Notes: generated from the sequence alone by a model not told the origin. DNA of 57,139 nucleotides from Tubiluchus corallicola (GCA_030141605.1 JAQGDQ010001180.1:1-57139); one strand, 5' to 3'. Counted from the first letter of the stretch, positions 11,302-25,795 are shown. Numbers and translations are program-made.

Positions 11302-14300
11302 TGTAAATGAAGCAGCTCAGTGACTGATTTATTCGACATTAATATCAGCTTCATCATCAACGTCATCATTGTCGTCGTGGTGGTCGCCATCAGAACAGTC
11401 ATCAATATACTGTTAAAAAAGGAAAATGAACAAACAAATATAAATGAAAAAAACACAAACCCGGTCAACTAAAAAGCTTTCACTATGTAAGTAAGACAGT
11501 CGAACCGAAATTTCTCTTCTTGAGTTTCATTTTCACTAACATGTTACAGTACAAGACCAATATTTGGTCAGTTCTGCTGGTCAATTCTGGTTCAGCGGGT
11601 CAGAAGCGAAAAGTAGTCGATTGTCTCTTTGTTTATTCATCCCTCAGAAGAAAAAAGTGAGCGTTTAAAATTGGTCAGATTTCACCTTTAACCTAAATAT
11701 GCAATAGCGGAATATAGAGGGCGCTTTTATGTGAGTGGATTTTGATGAAAGTGAGTCGAACTTCAATCAGGATGCGCTTAGAATGAAAGTCGATAATGCG
11801 GAAACAGTCCACGTTATTGTTTATTTGTAACTTTCACCTATATAATGAAAGTGTCTGAATGTATATGGGCTAGTAATTATGCAGGCTAAAATGTTATTAC
11901 CTAAAATGCAATTGCAAAACATCATTTTAGAGCTTCTGATAGAGTTAGATGTCTCATAAGAGCAACAAAAAATCGAACTTAAATGTTCAAGATGCGTGGT
12001 CATCTCCTAAATGAAGGGCTACATACGTTACTCAAACAGACTCTAAAACCACTTGAAATGTTTTAACATAGTAGAAATAATTCTTGTGAAACTGTCTAGA
12101 TGGAATAAATAGTGTATTATTCACTTAAGAAACTTCTATCTAATGTTAATTTAGTTTTCTTATTGGACAATAATATTACCCGTTTGTATGTCAATACTGT
12201 ACCACCTAAACTACCAGCCCAGCATGACAGAGCAGGCCTAAGATTCCTCTTTATGGCTCACAATCCAGCAACGCCACCTATACCCACGACAGTAGAGGGA
12301 CACTTTTGATATCACTACTTTCCTAAATACAATGTTTCTGTAGTTCCTCGTCACCGATATATTTCCTGCAATGGATAATAATTGGTAAAATAATTCTGGC
12401 AATTACATTCATAATTAATTTATGATTTCGCTAATTGCCAGCTAATTTGGCAACTAATATAAATTCTTCATATACATAATGTCCGTCTTGCTCTTATAAA
12501 CGGTTCATATACACAATATATATATTATTAGGCTCGCTTTACAATATATACACAATAGATACGCAATATATACACTATATATATATATATATGAAATGGA
12601 TACAAAACACCAGTTTAACGTGATGACCAAAAGTGTCTTTATTCTGAAAGACAATTATTAACATTTAATTTAATTTGCATTGAGTAGAAGAAAATTAGTT
12701 GCATGATTAAATGTATTGATATAACTAAGTACTGATAAGAAAATTATGTAAACTATATTGAAATTAATTAACAATAACTTACGTTGTTAGAGCCTTTAAC
12801 AGTTACAAAGACAGGAATGAGAACTCCAAGTAGCCTTAAAAACAACGATGTCACAACAATAAATTTGTAAGAAATTCACAGTCATAATGCTCATCACAGA
12901 CAGAAAAATAGAGCAATGGCGGAGAGAACCAAAAGACGGGTAAAATGTCATACAACAACTACAGCTATAGCTCACGAAAGGCCAAAATGCTAATGTATTG
13001 AAGGAGATTAGGTGCTTCAATTTTAAAAGAGTGACTACTGTAAAAGGTAAAAAGCCTACTAAATAAACAAACAGTAATTGAGAAATAAATTAAAACCAAA
13101 AAAGGGCCTATGCACCCACTACAATATATGTATAAGGCTCTGCCTAAGATGACATGAGCTTATGATAATGACAATGACGACGATGATGATGTCGACGGCG
13201 GCGGCGGCAGCGCGACGATGACGATGATGGTAGTGATGATGATGATGATGATAAACAATGACGATAACAATGATAATTGATGACAACACACTTTAGGACA
13301 ATTGTTCTAAAGGTTACTTTAGCAGCGCATCTTAAAATTTCTTCAAATGTATATACATAGTCGTCGTTGTGTCGACAGCAACCAGCCGTTTAGCAACAAT
13401 TCACTCATGGTCATTAACGCAGTTCCCTATAATTGTCCACAACACTCTCATTAAAAACATTCTCCACTTTAATGTAGGTCATCTTTCACCTTTTACTTTC
13501 ATTTCAGTAAAATCACGGCAATTACTGGCACATCCGGGGGTGGAGTACCTCTGTTGTAAAGTTGTTTGGCGACCCACTTCTTCCCCTGTAGATTCATTAT
13601 TTGTTATTCTAAAAGGCGGAACCAGAACAGATCAGTGCAGTGATACAATTTGATTCGGGTGATTTAAAACAAAATAAACACAGTTAGAACTTTTATATTT
13701 TGCGAACAACAGTAATTTAAATAAGTATTGAATCAGTGTCTTTGTTTAAGCTTCTGTTACATGATGAACGCTTCTTACATGTTGATCTTGGGAGAAATCG
13801 TGCGTCAGGTATCTATATACCTTTCACTAATTGTTTGCACACTTTTAAAGACAGGTACAATCCCGTACCAGTGTGCTCACCTCTCTCAGAAGAGCCGTGT
13901 AAAACGCTTCACGGTCTGTAGCTTTCAAAACCGAAAGCGAAACGGAGGTTCTGTCACGTGCTTTATTGTCGCATGAAGTGTGAAACTTCAATTGGTTTTA
14001 GACACAGCAAGTGTGACCTTTTAAACAGAATAACTAGCAGGCATGTCCATGCGCCTTGAATTCATAGGAAGAGTTATCGTGTTAGAGCGTCACTGCACCA
14101 CAGGGAGGGGGGGGGGATGGCAGGGGTAGAGTACAGCATTTCACGGTAACGTCGATATAAACGTGACATTCGGTAGCAGAAATTTACTTGACTGACGCTC
14201 CCAGTAACCTGTTTGTGCCAATTAAAAATATATACTGGTTTGTCGATTTTTGGCCATTTCAGCACGATTATTTATTTACTTATTTATTTATTTACCCTTT

Positions 14301-14342
14301 CGAACATAGAAGAGTTTTGTGGGTGATTATGTAATACACAGA

Positions 14343-15000
14343 CAAAGTAAGTAAGTAATTTTTTATTTTTCTCCATAAATTTACAATAATTTGACAATAA
14401 AATACACAAAAATACTCTGTGGGAGAAAGGGTGGCGAAAAACCAAAGGTTATCGAGTCAACCACCCTTCTCAGAAAGACAGTAAACAAAAAGACGCTAAT
14501 GACAGCAGAATACAACTATTAAAAAATACGTAAACCTCCAGAAATACAAAAAAATACAACAACAGCAAAAAAAACAAAAACCAAAACCAGTCGTTCTTAA
14601 ATATAGTCAAACATTAAACATAATTATATATGGTTCAAAACACAAAAGAGAAAAGAGAATATTTTAATGTTCAGAAAAACAACATTTGCAAGATAAAATT
14701 TCAAATAGCAAAAAGAAAGAAAAAAGGTAAAAAAGCAAGATGAATTGCCCTGACAATTGCAATACATTAATCAAAAAAATTTGTATTTGAAAAATAACAA
14801 ATTTATGACCCAGATTTAATTATCATAACAGCAGAAAACAAATAACTGTCTGCTTTAACAAATAAGCAATACTTTAAGTTTTTAAGTAGTACTAAGAAAA
14901 GACCGAAAAATATATAAATGCACAATAAATTAACAATAAAAATCCAAAAAATTATGCCCAAAGAACTCGGCCTATACAAAAAAATCCATACAGACGATAA
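14343..15000 (-). mobile_element. Probable LINE 3'UTR/tail on the minus strand
   Basis: The minus strand reads as a T-rich UTR, then the hairpin gagaagggtggttgactcgataacc...gccaccctttctc, AATAAA and a (TTAC)n tail. Confidence 0.45.
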
Positions 15001-15106
15001 ATCATTTCTCTGATTATCGAAACAATTATCGATATTTGGCTGTGACTAGTTTTTAAAACGTCTTTCTGTTTTTGTTCTTGCAGAATTTCTTTCTTTTAAT
15101 TATCTT

Positions 15107-18100
15107 CAGCTATCTCAAGCTAGCTATCTGATTCAGATTTTGACAAAGACACAGCTGAACAAGTTGATCAGCTATCTCAAGCTAGCTATCTACTTCAGAT
15201 TTTGACAAAGACACAGCTGAACAAGTTGGTCAGCTATCTCAAGCTAGTTATCTGCTTCAGATTTTGACAAAGACAAGCTGAACAAGTTGATCAGCTATCT
15301 CAAGCTAGCTATCTGCTTTAGATTTTGACAAAGACACACCTGAACAAGTTGATCAGCTATCTCAAGCTAGCTATCTGCTTCAGATTTTGACAAAGACACA
15401 CCTGAACAAGTTGATCAGCTATCTCAAGCTAGCTATCTGCTTCAGATTTTGACAAAGACACAGCTGAACAAGTTGATCAGCTATCTCAAGCTAGCTCTCT
15501 GCCTCAGCTTTTGACAAAGACACAGCTGAACAAGTTGATCAGCTATCTCAAGCTAGTTATCTGCTTCAGATTTTGACAAAGACAAGCTGAACAAGTTGAT
15601 CAGCTATCTCAAGCTAGCTATCAGCTTCAGATTTTGACAAAGACACAGCTGAACAAGTTGATCAGCTATCTCAAGCTAGTTATCTGCTTCAGATTTTGAC
15701 AAAGACAAGCTGAACAAGTTGATCAGCTATCTCAAGCTAGCTATCAGCTTCAGATTTTGACAAAGACACAGCTGAACAAGTTGATCAGCTATCTCAAGCT
15801 AGTTATCTGCTTCAGATTTTGACAAAGACACAGCTGAACAAGTTGATCAGCTATCTCAAGCTAGTTGTCTGCTTCAGATTTTGACAAAGACACAGCTGAA
15901 CAAGTTGATCAACTATCTCAAGCTAGTTATCTGCTTCAGATTTTGACAAAGACACGACTGAACAAGTTGATCAGCTATCTCAAGCTAGTTGTCTGCTTCA
16001 GATTTTGACAAAGACACGACTGAACAAGTTGATCAGCTATCTCAAGCTAGCTATCTGCTTTAGATTTTGACAAAGACACACCTGAACAAGTTGATCAGCT
16101 ATCTCAAGCTAGCTATCTGCTTCAGATTTTGACAAAGACACAGCTGAACAAGTTGATCAGCTATCTCAAGCTAGTTATCTGCTTCAGATTTTGACAAAGA
16201 CACAGCTGAACAAGTTGATCAGCTATCTCAAGCTAGTTATCTGCTTCAGATTTTGACAAAGACAAGCTGAACAAGTTGATCAGCTATCTCAAGCTAGCTA
16301 TCAGCTTCAGATTTTGACAAAGACACAGCTGAACAAGTTGATCAGCTATCTATTAGTTATCTGCTTCAGATTTTGACAAAGACACAGCTGAACAAGTTGA
16401 TCAGCTTCTCAAGCTAGTTATCTGCTTCGTTTTGCAAAGACAGCTGAACAAGTTGATCAGCTATCTCAAGCTAATTATCTGCTTCAGATTTTGACAAAGA
16501 CACAGCTGAACAAGTTGATTAGCTATCTCAAGCTAGCTATCTGCTTCAGATTTTGACAAAGACACAGCTGAACAAGTTGATCAGCTATCTCAAGCTAGTT
16601 ATCAGCTTCAGATTTTGACAAAGACACAGCTGAACAAGTTGATCAGCTATCTCAAGCTAGTTATCAGCTTCAGATTTTGACAAAGACACAGCTAAACAAG
16701 TTGATCAGCTATCTCAAGCTAGCTATCAGCTTCAGATTTTGACAAAGACACACCTGAACAAGTTGATCAGCTATCTCAAGCTAGCTATCTGCTTCAGATT
16801 TTGACAAAGACACAGCTGAACAAGTCGATCAGCTATCTCAAGCTAGTTATCTGCCTCAGATTTTGACAAAGACACAGCTGAACAAGTTGATCAGCTATCT
16901 CAAGCTAGTTATCTGCTTCAGATTTTGACAAAGACAAGCTGAACAAGTTGATCAGCTATCTCAAGCTAGCTATCAGCTTCAGATTTTGACAAAGACACAG
17001 CTGAACAAGTTGATCAGCTATCTCAAGTTAGTTATCTGCTTCAGATTTTGACAAAGACACAGCTGAACAAGTTGATCAGCTATCTCAAGCTAGTTATCTG
17101 CTTCAGATTTTGACAAAGACAAGCTGAACAAGTTGATCAGCTATCTCAAGCTAATTATCTGCTTCAGATTTTGACAAAGACACAGCTGAACAAGTTGATC
17201 AGCTATCTCAAGCTAGCTATCTGCTTCAGATTTTGACAAAGACACAGCTGAACAAGTTGATCAGCTATCTCAAGCTAGCTATCTGCTTCAGATTTTGACA
17301 AAGACACAGCTGAACAAGTTGATCAGCTATCTCAAGCTAGTTATCAGCTTCAGATTTTGACAAAGACACAGCTGAACAAGTTGATCAGCTATCTCAAGCT
17401 AGTTATCAGCTTCAGATTTTGACAAAGACACAGCTAAACAAGTTGATCAGCTATCTCAAGCTAGCTATCAGCTTCAGATTTTGACAAAGACACAGCTGAA
17501 CAAGTTGATCAGCTATCTCAAGTTAGTTATCTGCTTCAGATTTTGACAAAGATGCAGCTGAACAAGTTGATCAGCTATCTCAAGCCAGTTATCTGCTTCA
17601 GATTTTGACAAAGACACAGCTGAACAAGTTGATCAACTATCTCAAGCTAGTTGTCTGCTTCAGATTTTGACAAAGACACGACTGAACAAGTTGATCAGCT
17701 ATCTCAAGCTAGTTGTCTGCTTCAGATTTTGACAAAGACACGACTGAACAAGTTGATCAGCTATCTCAAGCTAGTTATCTGCTTCAGATTTTGACAAAGA
17801 CACAGCTGAACAAGTTGATCAGCTATCTCAAGCTAGCTATCTATTTTCAGATTTTGACAAAGACACGACTGAACAAGTTGATCAGCTATCTCAAGCTGGT
17901 TATCTGCTTCAGATTTTGACAAAGACACAGCTGAACAAGTTGATCAGCTATCTCAAGCTAGTTATCTGCTTCAGATTTTGACAAAGACCCAGCTGAACAA
18001 GTTGATCAGCTATCTCAAGCTAGCTATCTATTTTCAGATTTTGACAAAGACACGACTGAACAAGTTAATCAGCTATCTCAAGCTGGTTATCTGCTTCAGA

Positions 18101-18937
18101 TTTTGACAAAGACAAGCTGAACAAATTGATCAGCTATCTCAAGCTAGTTATCTGCTTCAGATTTTGACAAAGACCCAGCTGAACAAGTTGATCAGCTATC
18201 TCAAGCTAGCTATCTATTTTCAGATTTTGACAAAGACACGACTGAACAAGTTGATCAGCTATCTCAAGCTAGCTATCTGCTTCAGATTTTGACAAAGACA
18301 CAGCTGAACAAGTTGATCAGCTATCTCAAGCTAGTTATCTGCTTCAGATTTTGACAAAGACCCAACTGAACAAGTTGATCAGCTATCTCAAGCTAGCTAT
18401 CTGCTTCAGATTTTGACAAAGACAAGCTGAACAAGTTGATCAGCTATCTCAAGCTAGCTCTCTGCCTCAGCTTTTGACAAAGACACAGCTGAACAAGTTG
18501 ATCAGCTGTCTCAAGCTAGCTCTCTGCCTCAGCTTTTGACAAAGACACAGCTGAACAAGTTGATCAGCTATCTCAAGCTAGCTCTCTGCTTCAGATTTTG
18601 ACAAAGACACAGCTGAACAAGTTGATCAGCTATCTCAAGCTAGTTATCTGCTTCAGATTTTGACAAAGACCCAGCTGAACAAGTTGATCAGCTATCTCAA
18701 GCTAGCTATCTGCTTCAGATTTTGACAAAGACAAGCTGAACAAGTTGATCAGCTATCTCAAGCTAGCTATCTGCTTCGGATTTTGACAAAGACACAGCTG
18801 AACAAGTTGATCAGCTGTCTCAAGCTAGCTCTCTGCCTCAGCTTTTGACAAAGACACAGCTGAACAAGTTGATCAGCTATCTCATACTAGCTCTCTGCCT
18901 CAGCTTTTGACAAAGACACAGCTGAACAAGTTGATCA
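15107..18937. repeat. 62-bp satellite array, about 62 copies (3.8 kb)
   Basis: Unit cagctatctcaagctagttatctgcttcagattttgacaaagacacagctgaacaagttgat; very homogeneous, with 60-bp variants and no spacers. Confidence 0.97.
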
Positions 18938-18959
18938 ACGGTGTTTTCATCTCGTGTCA

Positions 18960-19380
18960 AAGTTAATGAGTTTTAGCTTTATTTTTAGATTTTCAATGAA
19001 AACCTTTTTATTATTGTTTTAAATTTTTTTTCTGCTTTTTACTACGCACAATATTATATGACATTGTATTTCAATTGCTTGTATTTTTATTTCTCCATTT
19101 TTTGACATGTCGAAGTTCCTTTTGCTTTTTTTTCGCTCATTTTACGTTTTTTGCGATTGTAATCCTAGCCTTGTTTCTTTTTCTGCTTATTTTCTTTTCG
19201 TAAGTCACACAATATTAGTATGATTTTTGTATAAGTTTTGCAAATTTTATGCTTGTGTGTTTACGTGTATTTATGATTCTTAATTTTGAATTACACAATC
19301 ACAAATCGAGGCTTTGTTGCAAGTGAGCTTTGTTCAGTCAAGATTATCTGAATAAATGTCATTTCTTATGTTATCTTATT
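18960..19380 (+). mobile_element. Probable L2/Crack-like LINE 3'UTR/tail
   Basis: T-rich UTR ending gaggctttgttgcaagtgagctttgttcagtcaagattatctgaataaa, similar to the LINE tail at about 43622-43670. Confidence 0.45.
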
Positions 19381-19437
19381 AAAAGTGTATACTAATTATC
19401 AAAAGCAACACTTCACCTTTGGAAACACCATCAAAAT

Positions 19438-19770
19438 TGTCGTTGTTGGCATCCTTCTGTCTTGGAAGACAATGGAGTGTACGCAAAGAGAGTCAGTTAT
19501 TGATCACATTGATGGAGCTGCAACGTCGACTGTCCCTGAGCAATCTGATCCTTGAACCATTGGAATGGCCTCTCCAGGGCGCACGCCTGGGCAAGGTGTA
19601 TGGAGATCCTGAGTTGCCCAGACAACAGGAACCCCCTCTCTTCCTCCCTGGTGTAGTCCAAACGAAAGCGGAGCAATACATTTGGCAGCAGGTTGGCTGC
19701 CGGAGTCAGTGAGCGTGCTGCACTGGTCCGCCTTCGGGGCTCCACTCCTCTACACATGGGCTGTTGGGTT
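19438..19770 (-). mobile_element. 5'-truncated copy of the 5S-headed SINE
   Basis: Aligns by eye with the body and tail of the 25312 and 26835 copies; 11-bp TSD accatcaaaat at 19427-19437 and 19771-19781. Confidence 0.88.
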
Positions 19771-20655
19771 ACCATCAAAATAGATATCAAAATAATTGGT
19801 AATCTATATTTTCTCCCTCCCGCCAGGAAGAATATTATATTCATAAAAACGGAAAACAAAATTACATACAAACGGTACGTTCATTTTATTATTTGCAAAG
19901 AAAGTTCGTATTTGTATTTTCAGTGTTGAACTTACTCGCTAAACATAACGTTTAAAATTGGTAATTATTTATAAATTAATATGTATTATGTTGCCGATGA
20001 AGACGATCGATTTTGATCGTAAGAAGTTGAACAAAACTGCAGCTTAATTTAAATAAATATTAGCTGCACAAACAATTAGATAGTTCACTGGTTCAGCAGC
20101 AGAAGAAAATGTATCCGTGAGCCAAAGTTTGGTTTTATTTAACAGGTAAAACTGCTAAGGTAAGTTTATTATAAACGTTTTGGCGTTTACATTTATTACG
20201 AACGATTGTTAAAAAGTCAGTTAGAGTTGAATGTATTCTTGTTTCTTCCATTCTTATTCTTTTCTTTTTCTTACTGTTCTTCGCAAGGGTCCAAATGCCA
20301 CAGGCGCGCTGAATGAACTCCCCCCCCCCCCCTGTGATTTGAACCAGACGGAGATGTTTAACGTAATTCTGTTTCAGTAGCTTTTGTATGCGGATCTTTG
20401 TTTTGCCATGTATGTGACACGAGTTTGCTCTCACTGAACTCACTTGAGCTTCTCGAACAAAATACTCTTGTTACTTTTAATAACCAACAAACTTACCTAC
20501 TGAACTAAAACAAACTGAGTGCTTATATTGCTGTAACGCTAAGTCTTGCTGGGGTGCTGCAGGGTGCACATACTCATTAATAATAATAGCTGCATAGTAA
20601 TAGCAACTTTGCTAGTATTATGAATATAACAATTATTTTCCATGTAAAATATTAA

Positions 20656-21325
20656 AGAAAGACAGGATGATTTTTCATATACTATCCCATTTTCAAGTAC
20701 GATAAAAAGAATACTTGTTTAAGTTTAAAGTTTATTTAAAATTTATTAAAAGTTTATTAAGAAACTCTTATAACCCGAAGGTTAAATTACATTGCATTAA
20801 TTAATACATTATATTTTAACTCAGTTAATACTGCAAAAGCGTTTCTGATAATTAAATAGTAGATTAAAATCTTAATTAACAGCGGGTGAGCCCGACTAGT
20901 GATGACATCACAAACTAACATAATTTTCAACAGCAAAAATATTCCACGAGCGTGTTGTACGAGTTTGTGAAAGCGAAGTACAGCCCTGCTGTAAGATATT
21001 CTGTGTGTTGTAATAAAACTAGGCAAGTTTTAAGATAAAATACTACGTGCGCAGTACGTCAGAAACGAACACATCAGAACTGAGAGGTACAGCGCCTGTT
21101 TTTTTGTGCAACACGTTTCCGAAATCCAGGTGCTACTGCCTGTCGAACTAGCGAATGGCGAAATGCATGTAACAGCGAAGAACTAGTGGTGTGAACGCGA
21201 AATAGTTTTTGGGTGGTAATAATTCTTTCGCGTAAGTCATTTTTCAAAAAATAGTATGTTTCCTTTAAATATTTTAAGGAATTGGTTATTTTGACCTGCA
21301 GTTTAATATCGGGTCCAATTTTGCT
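20656..21325 (+). mobile_element. Kolobok-like non-autonomous DNA transposon, copy 1
   Basis: TTAA flanks and AG...CT termini; collinear with 35182-35803 (shared gatgacatcacaaactaacataattttcaac and gaactgagaggtacagc). Confidence 0.65.
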
Positions 21326-23234
21326 TTAATTATAAATGTTCGTGGGATCGAGGTATAAAGCTGATTAACATTTATTTATGTAATTAAAAATTTGCGAAAC
21401 TAACAAAAAATTCGGTCTGCAATCATTTCGACGGTGGACCAAGTGGATAGGAATTTGAAGAGAGAAAGTTTACTGCAATATTTCTTGTTAAAACATGTTT
21501 ATATATTTCAAAATAAAGAAGAGAAGAAATAAAATAAAGCATATTTTAGGAATTTAAAAATTTAACATCTACAATCTTAAAAGATCGAAATTAAAAGACC
21601 AGAAAATATTAACTTATATGTAATAAATTTAATAATGTAATAAATTTTCTCTTACGTTGCATTATTTACCATATTTTGCAATTGATATTGCTGTATTTTT
21701 ATTACATTAAGCTGTTCTATGCTGAAGGTTTTACTACCAACCAAAAATGAGCTGGTCAAAGTTGACCCACAGGTATGCTGCTCACGTTGTCCAATTTAGA
21801 AAAGTTAGTAAATTATCAAGCAAGAATTCTATTTAAGTCGGCTTATTTTGTAATGCCATAAAAAGTAAGCGTAAACTTAAATTGACTTTCAATTTCGTTT
21901 CTTCGAATCCCTTTTTGGATGAATGCCTCCGAAGTTTCTCTTTCCACCGAGTTGTACAGAAAACAACAGCAAATGAAAGAACAAATGGGGTCAAGTATGG
22001 ACAGCATCCGGCGATGGAAAGGCGAGAAGAGGAGATTTCACTCACTGGTACTCTGTCCTCCTCATACTGGGGAGAATTTATGAATAAGATTCGAACGCGC
22101 ATTTCAATCTTTCGCCTATTCGAACGCACCAGTTTGCACATAAACCTTAGGCAAAGGGAAGACTAAGCATTCGTGACGTAACCAGGTGGGCGTATGTTAT
22201 ATTATTACCTTGTCCCATGAGGTGCAGCTACCTGTAGGTTTGCATGAACAGAGACGGAGTACGCAGCTGGGATTAAGGTTGCCTAGTAGCATCACACGCG
22301 GTGCCTGTAACCTACATCTGTATCTTTCTCTAGTCTTATTAGGTCAGGACACAGAATCGCTAATATATGAACTCACAATGGAGGATAACCATCATTTTCC
22401 TAAAACACACATGGAGTAGTGAGAGTGCAAATCTTGTGTGACTTAAGTGCTTAAACGCGTGTCTTAATTTACTAATTGGATATTACTCTGCTTACGTATT
22501 GGTAAGTAATTAACTTAAGCTTAGTTGAGTTGCTAAGAAATAGAAAAAATAGTTAAAGCTAGTTAATAAGAAATAATAGCAACTATGCGAAGTTATTTTA
22601 TGTTAATTAAAAACCTTTGTTTTTCACAATTCTTAAAATAGCAAAAATTTTGGAATCTCGAAATGAAAGTATTCTTAATTATCAATTTCAGTGCAACACA
22701 TTCTGTTCCCCTGGTTGCAACATTAAACTGTAACAGTTTCTTTACAAACTTTCAATTTATTCAGGAAGAGTTCTGATTTTAATATAATATAAATTGCATT
22801 TTAATTATTAAATACAGTGTCCTCAGATAAGAATATTCTCTTTTAACTAAATTGGACTTAATCACTTTATCACATCCGAATTTTTCTAATATTAGTGGAT
22901 ATGATATTAAAAGTACGCGCAATTCACAAAATAAAAATATATTTTCGCCCAACTGTACCATTTAATTACACATAGTGTTTTTTTAATTACTGAAGTTAAT
23001 TATTGACATTAATTTGGTCATCAAGCACATGTAATGTCACTATGAATTGCAATAATAACACAAAATAAACATCACTTATACATACCCTACCTGATAGGCT
23101 ATGTTAAAATTCTGTTTATTTCTTTCTGATAATACTCTGTCCTCGTCTCTTTTCCATATTTTAGTTCTTTGCTTTTGCTTATTTTCATTTTGTAAAAATT
23201 TAGAGACAAATAAATTACTTTTTTAATTATTTAG

Positions 23235-23302
23235 TTGCTTGCTTGCTTCTTTGCTTACTTACTTAATTAATTAACTTACTTACTTACTTGCTTACTTACT
23301 TA

Positions 23303-23349
<47 letters not shown>

Positions 23350-23354
23350 GCTTG

Positions 23355-23436
<82 letters not shown>

Positions 23437-23535
23437 CACTTACGTACTCACTCACTCACTTACTTACTCACTTACGTACTCACTCACTTACGTACTCACT
23501 CACTCACTCACTCACTCATTCACTCACTCACTCAC
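23235..23535. repeat. Tetranucleotide microsatellite (CTTG/CTTA/CTCA)n
   Basis: Seen directly. Confidence 0.95.
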
Positions 23536-23712
23536 TGTAATTCACAACGCCATTAGTGAGCACTACCTGTACTAAAGGTAGGTCTATACTAGGTCTACCT
23601 CGTTCTCATCATAACTATTTTAAAAACAAACTGTGCCAATTATCATCATGATTGCACTATATGCGCATAAACTGATAATTGGCCACTATTATTTCTACAA
23701 AGCAAGTGAAAA

Positions 23713-23935
23713 NNNNNNNNNNNNNNNNNNNNNNNNNNNNNNNNNNNNNNNNNNNNNNNNNNNNNNNNNNNNNNNNNNNNNNNNNNNNNNNNNNNNNNNN
23801 NNNNNNNNNNNNNNNNNNNNNNNNNNNNNNNNNNNNNNNNNNNNNNNNNNNNNNNNNNNNNNNNNNNNNNNNNNNNNNNNNNNNNNNNNNNNNNNNNNNN
23901 NNNNNNNNNNNNNNNNNNNNNNNNNNNNNNNNNNN
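23713..23935. other. Assembly gap (223 N)
   Basis: Run of n. Confidence 1.
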
Positions 23936-24019
23936 GATAAACATTTTGTATAAAATCCATAGTGACTGATTTCAGTAGTTTCTAAAATCTAAACTAACAA
24001 ATCCTGGCGTTACAACGCT

Positions 24020-24365
<346 letters not shown>

Positions 24366-25311
24366 TTCCTTTTCCTTTTCCATTTGTTCCACTCTCTCCC
24401 TTTCTCCCTCACTTCCTCTCCTTCCTTCTCTCTCGCATTGTCTTTCTTTTTGTCAATGTGTCAATCTTTCTCTCCCCTCTACCCTCTCTCTTCGAACGCA
24501 CGTCGTGTAATAAATGACATTAGAAAAAAATCAACCTACGAAGTCAGCAGACAGCGGTGATATGTGAGTGATCACTGTAGTGATCAACTTAGATGACATT
24601 TTTCAATTTCAAGTGATCTTGATCAAGATGTTGACTGAGGAAGAGCGTATGACAGTCATTCAAGCCTCAAATATCTATAATTTACCGGTACTTCAAACCG
24701 GTACAAGGTTAAATTTCACAGCGCTACAGAGATTAACAATAAGATGCTTACGCGATCTCACACAAAAGCCTCACACAACATTAAACTGTGAACATGTTGT
24801 TAGTTTGGCCCATCACCCTTTATTTATCGTAATTCCATTTAATGCGCCTGATTTAATTGCGGTAATTATTACACGCGCGTTGGAAAGCTGTAAAGAAACA
24901 GGTGCATCAGCAAAAGAGTTAGTAATTAGACCTCACACGTAATAGTAACTTCGTCTCTTTCGGCAAAAATCGTTCGTTGCTCCAAATTTTCGCTCGTTAA
25001 GCTGCAAAAACGGGCTTCTTGGTACCACATTTTACTACTTATATCCAAAGTTGTGTTCGGTGGCCGCCTTTCACACCGTAGGTAGCGAAAATCACGTACA
25101 CTTTGATTAGTAAGATCAAAAAGTTTTCCAAAAACCAGACTGGACTGGACGTTTTTCAAAAAGCTTTGACTCCCTATAGATACTATCGATAAAGCAACTT
25201 TACTCTCAAACGAGAACAACGGGCTTACCTAATAAGCAAGAACGTTTAAGATTAGGAAGTTTAAGTCTTCTAATAAACAAATGAGCAATATTCATTGCCG
25301 TGTTTTCATTT

Positions 25312-25431
25312 GACTACGGCCAAATCACGTTGAAAACACCGGTTCTCGTTTGATCACCGAAGTCAAGTAACGTAGAGCCTGGTTAGTACTTGGATGGGTG
25401 ACCGCCTAGGAATACCAGGTGCTGTAGGCTT
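25312..25431 (+). rRNA. 5S rRNA-derived sequence (SINE head, not a functional rDNA unit)
   Basis: gactacggccaaatcacgttgaaaacaccggttctcg...ttagtacttggatgggtgaccgcctaggaataccaggtgctgtaggct: full-length metazoan 5S with box C, but no T4 terminator follows. Confidence 0.85.
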
Positions 25432-25795
25432 GCGGGACTCGCCACTAGGCGGAGAAGCTGCGCAAGCAGCCAACGGCTAGAGGGCGGAGGAGGTCAAGTG
25501 ACCAAACGGCCATGTGTAGAGGAGTAAACCGTCCAAATCCAGGAGTGGAGTCCCGAAGGCGGACCAGTGCAGCATGCTCACTGACTCCGGCAGCTCCTGC
25601 AGCCAACCTGGTGCCAAACGTATCGCTCCGCTTTCCTTTGGACTACACCAAGGAGGAAAAGAGGGGGTTCCTGCGGTCTGGGCAACTCAGGATCTCCATA
25701 CACCTTGTCCAGGCGTGCGCCCTGGAGACGTTCAAGGATCGGACTTTCTTGGCACACATTCCATTGTCTTCCAAAACAGAAGGATGCCAACAACA
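25312..25795 (+). mobile_element. 5S rRNA-headed SINE (SINE3 type) with RTE-LINE-like body and tail
   Basis: 5S head at 25312-25431, a body shared with two other copies, and tail ccattgtcttccaaaacagaaggatgc(caa)n. 15-bp TSD attgccgtgt(t/a)ttca at 25294-25308 and 25796-25810. Confidence 0.9.

Noticed and set aside
15107-18937. CRISPR array or hammerhead-ribozyme satellite
   Set aside because: Monomers are contiguous with no unique spacers, there are no cas genes and the context is eukaryotic. I found no CUGAnGA plus GAAA core on either strand.
19419-19929. Short ORFs similar to those at 25512-25847 and 26893-27144
   Set aside because: The similarity comes from the shared SINE body, and frames are not conserved between copies.
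21833-22419. ORFs of 77-102 aa in a slightly GC-richer patch
   Set aside because: No recognisable motif and no consistent splice partners.
23288-23969. LLTY/LLAC ORFs and X-containing ORFs
   Set aside because: Tetranucleotide microsatellite and the N-gap.
25312-25431. Functional 5S rRNA gene
   Set aside because: It has substitutions, no oligo-T terminator, is fused to a repeated body and is flanked by TSDs, so it is a SINE head.
25432-25740. HDV-like ribozyme in the RTE-like body
   Set aside because: Such ribozymes occur in some RTE 5'UTRs, but I could not trace a nested double pseudoknot by eye. It would need an RNArobo or Infernal search.
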